A DNA stretch of 64,000 nucleotides from an uncultured Chromatiales bacterium. GTDB taxonomy: Bacteria; Pseudomonadota; Gammaproteobacteria; DATFLL01. Position 1 is the stretch's first letter. Every line of letters begins with the position of its first letter. Shown piece by piece: positions 1 through 11,090 of this stretch. The DNA lies in contig CAZLQI010000004.1 in the NCBI GenBank assembly GCA_964561765.1, positions 54,665 through 118,664 on the forward strand. Direction: 5' to 3'. The position numbers were made by a program, and so were the translations under genes. Below the pieces are notes generated by a model that was given only the letters and a program-made list of their open reading frames with translations, did no database searches and was not told the DNA's origin.

Positions 1-325
1 CCAGTCCTCCCTCCGTAGTCAACTCCGCACGACGCTCAGGAACAAGACAGCAATCATGAGGTTTAACCTGCTCGGCAATCGAGAGCATTTCTTCAGTGAC
101 GGCCATTTCAAGATTCATCTTCGTCTGCAAACAGGCGCGCAGCATCACAACATCCCGGTCCTGAATATGCCTTCGATCCTCACGTAGGTGCAAGGTAACA
201 GAATCAGCGCCCGCTTGTTCGACAAGCAATGCTGCGTGTAATGGCTCAGGATACCGGGTTCCACGTGCTTGCCTTAGCGTCGCCACGTGATCAATATTCA
301 CGCCGAGTAAAATATCGTGTTTCAT
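1..325 (-). CDS. pdxJ: Pyridoxine 5'-phosphate synthase PdxJ, N-terminal part; gene runs off the window start
   Basis: Minus-strand translation from the ATG at 325 gives [59 protein letters not shown]..., a clear PdxJ N-terminus. Its position downstream of recO matches E. coli. Confidence 0.8.
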   Translation of the reverse strand, partial: MKHDILLGVNIDHVATLRQARGTRYPEPLHAALLVEQAGADSVTLHLREDRRHIQDRDVVMLRACLQTKMNLEMAVTEEMLSIAEQVKPHDCCLVPERRAELTTEGGL

Positions 326-354
326 GTACAGTATGCCACTTTAATGATAACTCG

Positions 355-1065
355 TTATTTCATAAAAAAATATTCGCGTGTTTTCAATGCCACACCATTA
401 AGATGGTGCATGAGCACTGCTCGCATAAGTCGTTTGGATTCCTTTCCGGTGCGTTTATCATCGAAGCGACGCACAGAAAGATCAAGCAAAGTGCTGCCAT
501 ACACACAAACGCCATCATTGGAATCAATTTTTCTCAAAGGCCCCGATTCATAATCATATATATACAAACAATCGGGCCTTATTTTTTCACCACTCACTGC
601 CTCATGGGTCAACACCAAACCATACCCCATGGCCTCAAGAAGACCTATCTCATACTCACGCAGTACATATTCTTCCGGTTCATCAGAGGCGAGGCGCTGC
701 AACGTATAGCCATAAAGATCAAACAGTTCTGGATGTGGATCGTATCTATGTAAAAATCGCATGGTCAGTTCATTAACATAAAGAGCGCTGAATAACCGAA
801 CACCACCAATATGCAGGACTCTTCCTGCGATCTCGACATGGCACAGCGTCATGAGTTCTCCGCGTCCTGACCACAACAGCAACAGCGGCAGGAACGGCTG
901 TAGAGAACGACCCATTGCCGATTTGTTACGTCTTGCTCCTTTTGCTACCATGCCGACACGTCCTGCTTCCCTGCTGAAAACCTCTACCAATGCGCTCGTT
1001 TCTTTATAGGGACGTACGTGAAGAACAAATCCAGGTTGTAATACCTGATTGCAATCAGCCCTCAT
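355..1065 (-). CDS. recO: DNA repair protein RecO
   Basis: 236-aa ORF with RecO N-terminal similarity (VLHVRPYKETSALVEVFSREAGRVGMVAKGARR). era-recO-pdxJ synteny. Confidence 0.85.
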   Translation of the reverse strand: MRADCNQVLQPGFVLHVRPYKETSALVEVFSREAGRVGMVAKGARRNKSAMGRSLQPFLPLLLLWSGRGELMTLCHVEIAGRVLHIGGVRLFSALYVNELTMRFLHRYDPHPELFDLYGYTLQRLASDEPEEYVLREYEIGLLEAMGYGLVLTHEAVSGEKIRPDCLYIYDYESGPLRKIDSNDGVCVYGSTLLDLSVRRFDDKRTGKESKRLMRAVLMHHLNGVALKTREYFFMK

Positions 1066-1966
1066 CCCGATAACCCAGACTGTTCAATGCCCGCTCATTA
1101 TCAGACCAACCCGCCTTGACCTTGACCCATAATTGCAGGAACACATGTCGCGAGAATAAATTCTCCATATCTATCCGCGCCTCACGCCCAATCAGTTTGA
1201 GCATGTTACCCTGTTTGCCGATCACGATGGCCTTCTGATTATCACGCTCCACCCAGATTAGTCCCGAGATGCGCAACATCTCGCCGTCTATCTTGAATTG
1301 TTCTATTTCTACGGTCAATTCGTACGGTAACTCTTCATTGAGTCGACGCATAAGTTTTTCACGAATAATTTCTGCCGCCAAAAAACGTTCACTGCGGTCC
1401 GTAATTTGATCTTTCGGGTACAAGGGAAGAGACTCCGGCAAATAAGAACGGATAGTTTTTTCAAGCTCGTCAAGGTTGACGACATTGTATACAGAAATAG
1501 GAACAACAGCAGAAAACGGATATTTACCTGTAGTGATCTGCAGAAAAGGCAGCAGTTTTTCCTTATTCTGTATCAGATCTACCTTGCTTACTGCCAATAT
1601 AGTCAATGCTTTTACTGACAACAGTGCCTCCAGAACCAACGCATCATCATCGCCCCAACGCATCGCTTCCACCAAAAACACAACGACATCGACATCATGC
1701 AAAATGCTACTGGCAGCGCGATTCATATAACGATTCATCGCCCGTTTGGCCTTTCCGTGGATACCCGGAGTATCTACATAGACAATCTGAGTGTCCGCAC
1801 CAGTTTTTATGCCAAGAATTCGATGCCGAGTGGTTTGCGGTTTGTGTGAGGTTATACTCAATTTCTGTCCCAGCAGGGCATTGAGCAGCGTTGATTTCCC
1901 AACATTAGGGCGCCCTATCAGAGCGACATGGCCAGACCGGTAATGTGCAGATTTTTCCATGATCAA
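1055..1966 (-). CDS. era: GTPase Era
   Basis: G1 motif GRPNVGKSTLLN, DTPG, and C-terminal KH domain. Lies downstream of rnc. Confidence 0.9.
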   Translation of the reverse strand: MIMEKSAHYRSGHVALIGRPNVGKSTLLNALLGQKLSITSHKPQTTRHRILGIKTGADTQIVYVDTPGIHGKAKRAMNRYMNRAASSILHDVDVVVFLVEAMRWGDDDALVLEALLSVKALTILAVSKVDLIQNKEKLLPFLQITTGKYPFSAVVPISVYNVVNLDELEKTIRSYLPESLPLYPKDQITDRSERFLAAEIIREKLMRRLNEELPYELTVEIEQFKIDGEMLRISGLIWVERDNQKAIVIGKQGNMLKLIGREARIDMENLFSRHVFLQLWVKVKAGWSDNERALNSLGYRDEG

Positions 1967-2623
1967 TTAACTCAACTGTTCCAGTGCGCGACGGGCTGCA
2001 TCCTGTTCGGCCTTGCGTCGGCTGCTGGCCACGCCCACAGTATGGACATCACTACCATTGAGCGTACATACCACCGTAAAGGTCTGCAGGTGCGGTTCAC
2101 CCTCTATCGACTCGACATGGTACGTCGGTAAGGGGCGCGCCTGTGCTTGGAGAAATTCTTGCAAGCGAGTTTTAGGATCTTTCAGTGTGCCGTCAGGGTC
2201 ACATTTCTCAAGACGATCTTTGAAGTGATGTAAAATAAATGCTCTTACCGACTCGGCTCCGCCATCAAGATAAATGGCGCCGATCAACGCCTCCAGAGCA
2301 TCGGCCAAAATCGATGCACGACGAAATCCTCCGCTCTTTAACTCCCCGCCGCCCAGTTTGAGGTAATCACCGAGGGAAAGACTGCGTGCAATCTCGGCGA
2401 GTGTGTCACCTTTGACAAGATTGGAACGTAACCGGCTTAGCTGGCCTTCAGGGGCAGTAGGAAATCTGTGATAAATGTCATCGGTAATGATGTAACTCAG
2501 GATAGCATCCCCGAGAAATTCTAAACGCTCGTAGTGTTGTGGGCCGGCGCTGCGATGTGTTAACGCCGTGTCCAGTAGTGTTTCCGATTCAAACTCATAC
2601 CCTATGATGGAAGAAAGAGACAT
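1967..2623 (-). CDS. rnc: Ribonuclease III
   Basis: RNase III signature ERLEFLGDAIL and a C-terminal dsRBD. lepB-rnc-era order. Confidence 0.9.
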   Translation of the reverse strand: MSLSSIIGYEFESETLLDTALTHRSAGPQHYERLEFLGDAILSYIITDDIYHRFPTAPEGQLSRLRSNLVKGDTLAEIARSLSLGDYLKLGGGELKSGGFRRASILADALEALIGAIYLDGGAESVRAFILHHFKDRLEKCDPDGTLKDPKTRLQEFLQAQARPLPTYHVESIEGEPHLQTFTVVCTLNGSDVHTVGVASSRRKAEQDAARRALEQLS

Positions 2624-2634
2624 TGTTGCATCAT

Positions 2635-3039
2635 TTAATGTGTTGGTATGTTTGCTCGTTTGTCGAAACTGACGATAAGATCGACATTGCCGAACAACTT
2701 TGTACGTACATGATAGGCGACGTCAATGGTCAGCATACCACCCGATTTGGTGATATTAATATCGTCGCGATTTACGTCTGTGACCATATTAATATCCAAC
2801 CTGCGAAGCAGCAGTTTCTCAATATCGGCCGGTGATTTGTTGGCGACGCCGTATTCAGATTTGAATGAGGACACTGAGCTACCTACTTTAAATCCATCAT
2901 AATATATTGGTAACAGCGTTATTAAGAAATAGCCCACCATCCCGATAGGGATTAGTATCAGCAACCACCCGATCAAAGTCATACCTTTTTGTTTTTGTCT
3001 CATCATCATTTCCAAGTCCTCGCTAACTACTAAATCCAC
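2635..3039 (-). CDS. Small membrane-anchored protein, DUF4845-like
   Basis: 134-aa ORF with one N-terminal TM helix, sitting between lepB and rnc where DUF4845 proteins sit in many gammaproteobacteria. True start is possibly an internal Met. Confidence 0.55.
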   Translation of the reverse strand: MDLVVSEDLEMMMRQKQKGMTLIGWLLILIPIGMVGYFLITLLPIYYDGFKVGSSVSSFKSEYGVANKSPADIEKLLLRRLDINMVTDVNRDDINITKSGGMLTIDVAYHVRTKLFGNVDLIVSFDKRANIPTH

Positions 3040-3058
3040 GTCATGAATACATCAGCCA

Positions 3059-3889
3059 TTAATGCAGTGAAGAGCCGATTCTTCCCCAACGCACGGAGTC
3101 ATCTTGCGCATCCCAACTCATCCAGATCATAAAGGCACGACCGATCAAGTTCTTCTCCGGTACACAACCCCAATAACGACTATCGCGGCTGTTATCGCGA
3201 TTATCACCCATTGCAAAGTAACACTGTTTCGGTACCGTGACGGTGAAATTCACACTGGGATAGGCAGGATTGATAAGAATGGAGTGTTTCACGCCACTAA
3301 GGTCTTCAATACGACGTTCCAACCGTTGTCCATAGGTGCCTATATAGCTCCCGTCCGGCATCTGTGGCATCATTTTACCATTTATATACAAGACCTTATT
3401 ACGATAGCTCACCAGGTCACCGGGTAGACCGACAACACGTTTAATATAATCAATGGAAGGATCGTCCGGATAACGGAAGACTATCACGTCACCACGTTTT
3501 GGTTCGCCGACATTGATAATTCTATTATCAATGACAGGGAGTCTCATTCCATAAGTGAATTTGTTGACAAGAATAAAATCACCAATACGCAACGTTGGCA
3601 ACATTGAGCCAGAGGGGATACGAAACGGTTCGACCAGAAACGAGCGAAGTAGTAATACAATAAGGATAACAGGGAAAAAAGATCGAGCATATTCGACAAG
3701 CAGTGGTTCTTTATACCTTTGCGATGCTTCTCCCCGGGCGTCAGCAGTCGTTGAATCGCTATCTTCACCGCCAGTCGTAGACTGTAATTGCTTGCGCCGG
3801 TGGGGAGCAAAAAACAGTGCATCAATCACCCATATCACTCCGGTCGCGCCGGTTCCAATCACGAGCAACAATTCAAAATCCAAGTTCAT
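3059..3889 (-). CDS. lepB: Signal peptidase I
   Basis: Catalytic Ser motif region and the [14 protein letters not shown] box. lepA-lepB order. Confidence 0.9.
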   Translation of the reverse strand: MNLDFELLLVIGTGATGVIWVIDALFFAPHRRKQLQSTTGGEDSDSTTADARGEASQRYKEPLLVEYARSFFPVILIVLLLRSFLVEPFRIPSGSMLPTLRIGDFILVNKFTYGMRLPVIDNRIINVGEPKRGDVIVFRYPDDPSIDYIKRVVGLPGDLVSYRNKVLYINGKMMPQMPDGSYIGTYGQRLERRIEDLSGVKHSILINPAYPSVNFTVTVPKQCYFAMGDNRDNSRDSRYWGCVPEKNLIGRAFMIWMSWDAQDDSVRWGRIGSSLH

Positions 3890-5691
3890 TTTTCCTTCCC
3901 TACATGTAATACAGCGAGAAAGGCCTCCTGGGGAATTTCCACCTTGCCGACTTGTTTCATCCGACGTTTACCAGCCTTTTGTTTTTCTAGCAATTTCCGT
4001 TTCCGACTAATATCACCACCATAACATTTGGCGGTCACATTTTTTCTCAACGCCTTTACGTTAGAACGAGCAACTATCTTCGAGCCAATCGCAGCCTGAA
4101 TGACTACGTCGAACATCTGGCGCGGAATGATTCCTTTCATACTATCAACCAGATCCCGCCCGCGCTGTTGCGCCCGGCCCCTGTGCACAATAATTGATAA
4201 GGCGTCGACACGTTCAGTATTGATAAGTATATCAAGTTTTACCAAATCAGCCGCCATGAAACATTTAAAGTCATAATCCAGCGAAGCAAATCCACGGCTG
4301 ACTGATTTCAAACGATCAAAAAAATCAAGGACCACTTCGTTGAGGGGAAGTTCGTAAATCATGGATACTTGATTTCCCAGATACTGCATCTTTTTCTGAA
4401 TACCGCGTTTCTCCACGCACAGTGTAATCACATTACCTACATATTCGTGTGGAACCAGGATATTGGCATTGATAATCGGTTCACGAATTTCGTTGATATG
4501 ATTCGACTCCGGCAGCTTGGACGGATTATCGATATTGAATACTTCGCCCTTGGTCGTTTCGACTTCATAAATTACGGTTGGGGCAGTCGTAATGAGACTG
4601 AGATTATACTCACGTTCCAAACGCTCCTGCACGATCTCCATGTGCAACATGCCCAGAAAACCGCATCGAAAGCCAAAACCCAGTGCCTGTGAAGTTTCGG
4701 GCTCATAAAACAGGGCGGCATCGTTAAGGCCCAGCTTGGACAATGCGTCACACAGGGCCTCATAGTCTTTCGATTCGATAGGAAATAATCCGGCAAAAAC
4801 TCGTGGCTGTATCGGTTTGAAACCTGTCAGTGGTTTCTCTGCAGGACGATCGGCATGCGTTATTGTGTCACCTACGGGGGCACCGTTAATGTCCTTTATG
4901 CCCGCAATGACGAAACCGACCTCACCCGCTTTGAGACTGCCAATACCTTCTGGTTTAGGCGTAAAAATGCCCACCTTTCCCACCTGATAGGTCCGCCCTG
5001 TCGACATAATCAGCATTTTCTGGTGGGCACAGAGTGAACCTTGCATAACCCGCACCAGAGAGACGACACCCAGATAATTATCAAACCAGGAATCGATGAT
5101 GAGTGCCTGCAGTGGCGCGTCAGGATCCCCTTCGGGAGGCGGGATGCGTTGTACCAGTTGCTCAAGCAGCTTATCGACACCGAGTCCCGACTTCGCACTG
5201 ACCTTCAATGCATCGTGGGCATCAATACCGATAATTTCCTCAATCTGATTGATGACCTGCTCAGGTTCGGCCGCCGGCAAGTCAATCTTGTTGAGTACAG
5301 GCAATACCTCCAACCCCTGCTCAATGGCGGTGTAGCAGTTGGCAACGCTCTGCGCTTCTACACCCTGCGACGCATCCACTACCAGCAGTGCACCTTCACA
5401 GGCTGCCAGAGAGCGCGACACTTCGTAAGAAAAATCCACATGTCCGGGGGTATCAATGAAGTTGAGCTGATAGGATTTCCCGTCTCTTGACATGTACTTC
5501 AGGGTCACGCTTTGTGCCTTGATGGTAATGCCCCGTTCACGTTCCAGATCCATGGAATCCAGTACCTGTGCAGCCATTTCCCGCTCGCTCAATGCGCCAC
5601 ACATTTGAATAAAGCGGTCCGCCAAGGTCGATTTACCATGATCAATATGGGCTATTATGGAAAAGTTTCTAATGTGTGCCAGTTTGCTCAC
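3886..5691 (-). CDS. lepA: Elongation factor 4 (LepA)
   Basis: [17 protein letters not shown] near the N-terminus and full-length LepA similarity. The start is probably the GTG at 5691 ([10 protein letters not shown]). The ORF-track start at 5802 would run through an intrinsic terminator. Confidence 0.9.
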   Translation of the reverse strand: MSKLAHIRNFSIIAHIDHGKSTLADRFIQMCGALSEREMAAQVLDSMDLERERGITIKAQSVTLKYMSRDGKSYQLNFIDTPGHVDFSYEVSRSLAACEGALLVVDASQGVEAQSVANCYTAIEQGLEVLPVLNKIDLPAAEPEQVINQIEEIIGIDAHDALKVSAKSGLGVDKLLEQLVQRIPPPEGDPDAPLQALIIDSWFDNYLGVVSLVRVMQGSLCAHQKMLIMSTGRTYQVGKVGIFTPKPEGIGSLKAGEVGFVIAGIKDINGAPVGDTITHADRPAEKPLTGFKPIQPRVFAGLFPIESKDYEALCDALSKLGLNDAALFYEPETSQALGFGFRCGFLGMLHMEIVQERLEREYNLSLITTAPTVIYEVETTKGEVFNIDNPSKLPESNHINEIREPIINANILVPHEYVGNVITLCVEKRGIQKKMQYLGNQVSMIYELPLNEVVLDFFDRLKSVSRGFASLDYDFKCFMAADLVKLDILINTERVDALSIIVHRGRAQQRGRDLVDSMKGIIPRQMFDVVIQAAIGSKIVARSNVKALRKNVTAKCYGGDISRKRKLLEKQKAGKRRMKQVGKVEIPQEAFLAVLHVGKEK

Positions 5692-5710
5692 GTCAAATAT
5701 CACTTCTTTA

Positions 5711-5749
5711 CATGCAAAATACAAAAAGGGGCGCTTACCGCAGCGCCCC
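5711..5749 (-). terminator. Rho-independent terminator ending the rpoE-rseABC-grx transcription unit
   Basis: On the minus strand, GGGGCGCT-GCGGTA-AGCGCCCC (8-bp GC stem) is followed by TTTTTGTATTTTG. Confidence 0.45.
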
Positions 5750-5897
5750 GAATTTCGGGTTAGCCCCCCCTTGCCATACACGTGCGCAAAGGACACGAAC
5801 ACGGGAGGGGGTCAATACCCTTTTCCGTCCTGACATCACCGCCATCCCGGGTACACGATATATGACTGCGACAGCGTGTTGAAGTACCAAGTGCTTA

Positions 5898-6164
5898 TTA
5901 TATGGATTTTTTTGTCCCTTCGATATAGTCATACAACGTTGGTTTATCAAGAAAATAATGACACAATTCGTGCTCATCAGCCTTCAATACCGGGATCTTC
6001 TCACCATACAAGTCCTCGAGTACCTGATTATCCTCAATATCAATAACTGTCAGGCGAAAACCAAGGACTTCACGATGACGTCCAAGCTCCGCCAGCATCT
6101 CCTCGCACAAATGACAGTATGTGCGGACATATACCGTCAATTCTATTGCGGACTGCGAATTCAT
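5898..6164 (-). CDS. Glutaredoxin-like (thioredoxin-fold, DUF836-type) small protein
   Basis: 88 aa with a CHLC (CxxC) motif early in a thioredoxin-like fold. Lies downstream of rseC. Confidence 0.6.
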   Translation of the reverse strand: MNSQSAIELTVYVRTYCHLCEEMLAELGRHREVLGFRLTVIDIEDNQVLEDLYGEKIPVLKADEHELCHYFLDKPTLYDYIEGTKKSI

Positions 6165-6539
6165 TACTGTTTCACCTCATCGAGTCACAAGAGCGGGGAA
6201 AATGGACCGACCCGATTAGTGAATCAATACCTGTAGCCAACGATTCTGAGGCAATTATAGGCTCAAATACCATCGTTGATGCACATCTCCGAGCCAACTG
6301 TTCTGCAGCCTGACGATGGCATTGCCGGGCCGTATACCGGTATCAAAGGCGGTGCCATGCATCATCTCCCTGCTCGGTACCTCCGCCAGTGCCTGGACCG
6401 ATAGTCGGCAAAGTATCGAACAGGCTGGCGTACAGTGCCATCGCCCTTTCGATGCCTCGAAACCGGGCCAGCGCCCACGGAAATCGCTCTGTGGTGCCTA
6501 GTATAGCAGGAACGTAAATGATGCAGATGGGGATGGATA

Positions 6540-7016
6540 TCAGGTGGGTCGAGGCACGCTATGTCCGCTCGCAGCCCGTCGCAGGATAACGGGTTGATAG
6601 CGTGGGTTCTGGCTGATCTTCATACTGAATCGCCGCACCCAGAGCATGCCCAGAGCCAGTCCTATTCCACCAAAAAAAATACTCGCGAGTTGCGTGGAAT
6701 CAAATTTTAACTGTGCCGCCAGGAACTGGCCCAAGAGGGCGAATAAAAACAGGCACAATAGCGGTAAAATGTAGACGACTATCGATCCCCGCACCAGGGC
6801 GCCTTCATTTAGGCCGACTACGACTTCCTCTCCCGGTTTCGCGTCTATCCGGTTCAGCACGCGCAGGTGCACGGTCTTGCGCCCCAGCACCTTGGACAGC
6901 GCTCCGGTACCACAGTCCTTGCGCGCAGCGCAACTGCCACAGGTGGAACTACGCTGGGTCTCCACCCAGGCCTGCGCACCATTGCACTCTACGACAAGAG
7001 CGGTTTCCTCGATCAT
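6540..7016 (-). CDS. rseC: Sigma-E regulatory protein RseC/MucC
   Basis: 158 aa with an N-terminal Cys cluster and a C-terminal hydrophobic segment. Fourth gene of the rpoE-rseABC operon. Confidence 0.8.
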   Translation of the reverse strand: MIEETALVVECNGAQAWVETQRSSTCGSCAARKDCGTGALSKVLGRKTVHLRVLNRIDAKPGEEVVVGLNEGALVRGSIVVYILPLLCLFLFALLGQFLAAQLKFDSTQLASIFFGGIGLALGMLWVRRFSMKISQNPRYQPVILRRAASGHSVPRPT

Positions 7017-7018
7017 CG

Positions 7019-8029
7019 CTACTCGCCTTTATAAACCAATGAATTACCAATGAGCCGAACCGTGGCTTGTGGCACCTCGCCAACAACAGTCACATAATGT
7101 TCGTCCAAACGACGCCCAAAAGCATTGACTGCACCGATCCATGAGCTACCTACCAGAGGATCGGTGCGTGTTGATAATTTCTCAATAAAGACCGAGGCCA
7201 TGCCATCCGAAAAGACCATGTGCACTACCATAGGTCGTTCGGGAACGGAGTTGTAGCGGTGGTAGGCATCGAGTTTGAATCCTGAAGGTAGATTCGCTAC
7301 CATCCAGCGCCGCGGGGTATTCAATGTCGTATCCATATCAGGTTCTTTCGCCGCATACCAGGAGAACGTCTTCCCTGACATCGTAGGTTCCAGCAGTTTA
7401 TCCGATACCTGTTTCAGGTAGTGAATTTCGGTAAACATGAATTGCTCAATCGGCTTTCCAGAATCTCCCAACAAATCTGTGCGCAATAACAGTTCGGTTT
7501 TTTTATCGACCCACAAATTGTAACCATACCGGTAATGATCACGCGGACGAATGATGATTCTCTGCGTTTCATGGCCTGCCATACGTCCAGTCCCGTCAAG
7601 CGCAAAACTGTAATGGGCGCTCAGGGAATCGGCATTGATAGGAAAATTCGGTGGGAACTGTTTGGATGGATGCACTTTCTCGACAAGCGCGGAACGATTA
7701 TCCGACAGGATGCAGGTCAGGCGGTTGTGATCAAGCACCACTTCGCGTCTAGGTCCGTTGAGTGAAATCAATCGCTCACGTTCACCCGTTGTGCCTGCAC
7801 TGTGGATAATGCGCATGGCATGCAGGTGATTATCAAAACGGTACACGAAGGCGCCGTCATATTTGAGTGTGTGTGCTGCCCGGGCCATTTTGCGCAGCCA
7901 GACCTACACTTTATCGAGCGAACCGGAATCTGTTTTCTGCCTGTTCCGTCCAGCGGCAAAGGCCATCTCACCAGCCAACAGGGTAAACAAAAACAGGATC
8001 AGGAAAAATCTCTTAACGATTCTCATTGA
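7019..8029 (-). pseudogene. rseB: Sigma-E regulatory protein RseB/MucB interrupted by an in-frame amber codon
   Basis: The signal-peptide segment MRIVKRFFLILFLFTLLAGEMAFAAG...SLDKV is followed in the same frame by TAG (complement of 7904-7906). It then continues VWLRKMARAAHTLKYDGAFVY..., which aligns with the MucB mature N-terminus DWLNRLAEADRQNSFQGTFVY. The downstream part is full-length RseB. Confidence 0.6.
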
Positions 8030-8606
8030 CCATACGGCTAGGCAACGGATAACTCACTATACGCATATAGGGCATCATGCCTTGCACCCCCGAGGCCATC
8101 GAATACTCATTGTGGTTGACGAGAAAACGGCTCAGTCTGGTTCGCACATCGCGCGTCTCATTGACCAGCTTCGTCTTGTTAGCCACGCCAGCGGCTACCG
8201 GTCCAATGCTGAGCATCGCTGCCGGCCTGGTAGTCACCACCAGATTTTCATTGACTGAAGTGCTCGGCGAGCTTGCGTGCAGGCTCAGAATTGCAACGGT
8301 CGCGATCGTGGCTGCGACAGCCATACCAATCGCCTGCTTTGCAAGGGGCTGTGTCCGCCAACCCCGACGACGTGGCGCCAATACAACCGGCTCGTGTTCC
8401 AATGCCTGACTGACACGCCCCGCCAGTCCTTGCAGCATCACATTGGGAAGATTGTTACGCAACGCATCGCTGATCAGCTGGTAGCGTTCAAAACGGGTAA
8501 GGATGTCGCCGTCGGCATGCATGCTGCTCAACACGCCCCAATGCTCATCACCGTTTAGCTCGCCGTCCAGGAAGGCGGACAACTTCTCGCTGACTGTATC
8601 GCTCAT
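8013..8606 (-). CDS. rseA: Anti-sigma-E factor RseA/MucA
   Basis: MSDTVSEKLSAFLDGEL N-terminal anti-sigma domain and a central TM segment. Overlaps the rseB start by 17 nt. Confidence 0.8.
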   Translation of the reverse strand: MSDTVSEKLSAFLDGELNGDEHWGVLSSMHADGDILTRFERYQLISDALRNNLPNVMLQGLAGRVSQALEHEPVVLAPRRRGWRTQPLAKQAIGMAVAATIATVAILSLHASSPSTSVNENLVVTTRPAAMLSIGPVAAGVANKTKLVNETRDVRTRLSRFLVNHNEYSMASGVQGMMPYMRIVSYPLPSRMVNENR

Positions 8607-8652
8607 AACTGCACTACCTCGAATTGGCAAAATCCAACCGGGACACTCTGAA

Positions 8653-9228
8653 TCAACTCAACAAAGGCGCCAGCTTGGCATCAATCGCCTCTCGTGCCCT
8701 GAAAATCCGTGATCGCACGGTTCCAATCGGACAAGACATAGCTTGCGCGATCTCCTCGTAACTCATGCCTTCCAATTCGCGCAGCGTTATCGCCGTTCGC
8801 AGATCTTCGGGTAAATCATCGATCGCCTGGAAAACCACGCGTTCGATCTCGTCTTTGAACAACATGCGCTCCGGCGTAGCATTCTCGCGCAAAGCGCCTG
8901 CGCCCTCATAATACTCGGCGTCCATCACATCAACATCCGAATCCGGCGGGCGACGCCCTTGTGCCACCAGACAATTCTTTGCCGTGTTGATGGCGATGCG
9001 GTACAGCCAGGTGTAAAACGCGCTATCACCGCGAAATGACGGCAACGCCCGGTATGCCTTGATGAAGGTCTCCTGCGCTACATCCTGTGCTTCATACTGA
9101 TCCTGGACATAGCGCGAAATCAGCTTGACGATCTTGTGCTGATACTTGATAACCAGGACATCAAATGCCTTTTTATCACCTCGCTTAACCTTCTCGACTA
9201 ACGCCTGATCAACGTTCTCCTCGGCCAT
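8653..9228 (-). CDS. rpoE: ECF sigma factor sigma-E (RpoE/AlgU)
   Basis: 191 aa with region 2 and region 4 of an ECF sigma factor, highly similar to RpoE. Confidence 0.9.
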   Translation of the reverse strand: MAEENVDQALVEKVKRGDKKAFDVLVIKYQHKIVKLISRYVQDQYEAQDVAQETFIKAYRALPSFRGDSAFYTWLYRIAINTAKNCLVAQGRRPPDSDVDVMDAEYYEGAGALRENATPERMLFKDEIERVVFQAIDDLPEDLRTAITLRELEGMSYEEIAQAMSCPIGTVRSRIFRAREAIDAKLAPLLS

Positions 9229-9277
9229 GAGGACCCATCCCCTTTCAACTCTGACGGGCCATCCGACTCCTTATCAT

Positions 9278-9305
9278 TACGACACGTACATGTCGAATAA
9301 GTTCG
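9278..9305 (-). promoter_or_regulatory. Putative sigma-E-type autoregulated promoter of rpoE
   Basis: On the minus strand, CGAACTT (consensus GGAACTT), a 16-nt spacer, then TCGTA (consensus TCTGA/TCAAA), roughly 50 nt upstream of the rpoE ATG. Confidence 0.3.
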
Positions 9306-9447
9306 CCAGATGGCCATGCTTTTGGGTATAGTGTGTCCCACCCTCGGAGGCGACAATCAACCGTAGCCAGCCTTGGATTCCCACCGGGATTAGCCTTAAT
9401 GATAACTGCAACAAAAGTACACCGCGCCAGCACTTGCCCCTTGAACT

Positions 9448-11052
9448 GTGCCTATGCCCCGCCCCGTACAACAACACTCTGACGTACTGGTCATCGGCAG
9501 TGGAGCAGCCGGCCTGAGCCTGGCGCTGCGCCTCGCAGATACTCATTCTATCTCATTGATTTCAAAAGGCCCACTATTAGATGGTTGTACCTTGTGGGCA
9601 CAGGGTGGCATTGCCGCCGTACTCGACCCCGCCGACTCGGTCTGCGCACATATCAAGGATACGCTCGACGCCGGCGCCGGGCTGTGCAATTCTGACGTAG
9701 TCAGGCATGTGGTTGAGCAAAGTGCGGCCTGTATCCACTGGCTGATAGCGCGCGGTGTGCCCTTCACATCAGGCCAGTACTCCGACGGGCGCGACGGCTA
9801 TCACCTCACCCGCGAGGGGGGACACAGCCACCGGCGCATCATCCACGCCGCCGACGCCACTGGCCAGGCCGTGGAAACCACACTCGGCGAACAGGTTCGC
9901 CGACACTCGAATATCCGTATTTTTGAACGCCACAATGCGCTTGACCTGATCACCGCGCACGCATCCGATAACGTACCCCATCGCTGTCTGGGGGCCTATG
10001 TGCTGGATCGAGACAGCGGCCATGTTGGTGTATTTCGCGCCCGCCAGATCGTACTGGCAACCGGTGGTGCCAGCAAGGTCTATCTGTACACCAGCAATCC
10101 CGACAGCGCCAGCGGTGACGGCATCGCCATGGGCTGGCGTGCGGGTTGCCGGGTGGCCGACCTGGAGTTCAACCAGTTCCATCCGACCTGCCTCTATCAC
10201 CCCAAGGCAAAATCATTTCTCATCACCGAGGCCATTCGCGGCGAAGGCGGGCAACTACGGCTGGCCGATGGTCACCGTTTCATGGACCGATTCGACCCGC
10301 GGGGCGAACTCGCGCCGCGCGATATCGTCGCCCGTGCCATCGACCACGAGATGAAACGCACCGGTGCAGACTGTGTCTATCTGGATATCAGCCACAAGCC
10401 AATCAGCTTCATCAAGGCGCATTTTCCGACCGTCTACGAACGCTGCCTGGCATTCGGCCATGATCTGAGTCGAGAGTCCATACCCGTCGTACCGGCAGCC
10501 CATTATACCTGCGGCGGTCTGGTCACCAATATCCACGGTGGTACTGATGTCGAGGGGCTCTATGCCATCGGCGAGGTCGCCAGTACCGGCCTGCATGGTG
10601 CCAACCGCATGGCCAGCAACTCGCTGTTGGAATGCCTCGTCTTCGCCAAATCTGCCAGTGAACATATCCGCGACCAACACCGCCCCCTGCCCGGTCCCCT
10701 GCCAGAATGGGATGAAAGCCGAGTGACCGACTCCGATGAAGAGGTGGTAGTCTCACATAACTGGGATGAACTGCGCCGATTCATGTGGGATTACGTGGGT
10801 ATCGTTCGCACGACAAAACGCCTGCAGCGGGCCAAAAACCGGGTGGATCTGTTACAGCGTGAAATTCAGGAATATTACGGTAATTTCCGCGTCACCAGCG
10901 ATTTACTGGAACTACGCAATCTCGCCCAGGTCGCCGAACTCATCATCCGCTCTGCCCTGCTGCGGCGTGAAAGCCGTGGTCTGCATTACACCCTCGATTA
11001 CCCCGAAGCAGATGCCACCAGCGCTGCGCTGCACACCGTGCTGACACCCTGA
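9448..11052 (+). CDS. nadB: L-aspartate oxidase
   Basis: FAD-binding GSGAAGL N-terminus and full-length NadB similarity. Divergent from rpoE, as in E. coli. Confidence 0.9.
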   Translation: MPMPRPVQQHSDVLVIGSGAAGLSLALRLADTHSISLISKGPLLDGCTLWAQGGIAAVLDPADSVCAHIKDTLDAGAGLCNSDVVRHVVEQSAACIHWLIARGVPFTSGQYSDGRDGYHLTREGGHSHRRIIHAADATGQAVETTLGEQVRRHSNIRIFERHNALDLITAHASDNVPHRCLGAYVLDRDSGHVGVFRARQIVLATGGASKVYLYTSNPDSASGDGIAMGWRAGCRVADLEFNQFHPTCLYHPKAKSFLITEAIRGEGGQLRLADGHRFMDRFDPRGELAPRDIVARAIDHEMKRTGADCVYLDISHKPISFIKAHFPTVYERCLAFGHDLSRESIPVVPAAHYTCGGLVTNIHGGTDVEGLYAIGEVASTGLHGANRMASNSLLECLVFAKSASEHIRDQHRPLPGPLPEWDESRVTDSDEEVVVSHNWDELRRFMWDYVGIVRTTKRLQRAKNRVDLLQREIQEYYGNFRVTSDLLELRNLAQVAELIIRSALLRRESRGLHYTLDYPEADATSAALHTVLTP

Positions 11053-11090
11053 ACGACACCCATCACGGCAACCTCGGTCGCAATCACCGT

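Noticed and set aside
229-753. 174-aa plus-strand ORF at the window start
   Set aside because: It is antisense to pdxJ and recO, which are both strongly supported. It has no homology signal.
5692-5802. N-terminal 37-codon extension of lepA in the ORF track
   Set aside because: The extension is not conserved in LepA. It would be translated through a strong intrinsic terminator hairpin, and a GTG start at 5691 aligns with the LepA N-terminus.
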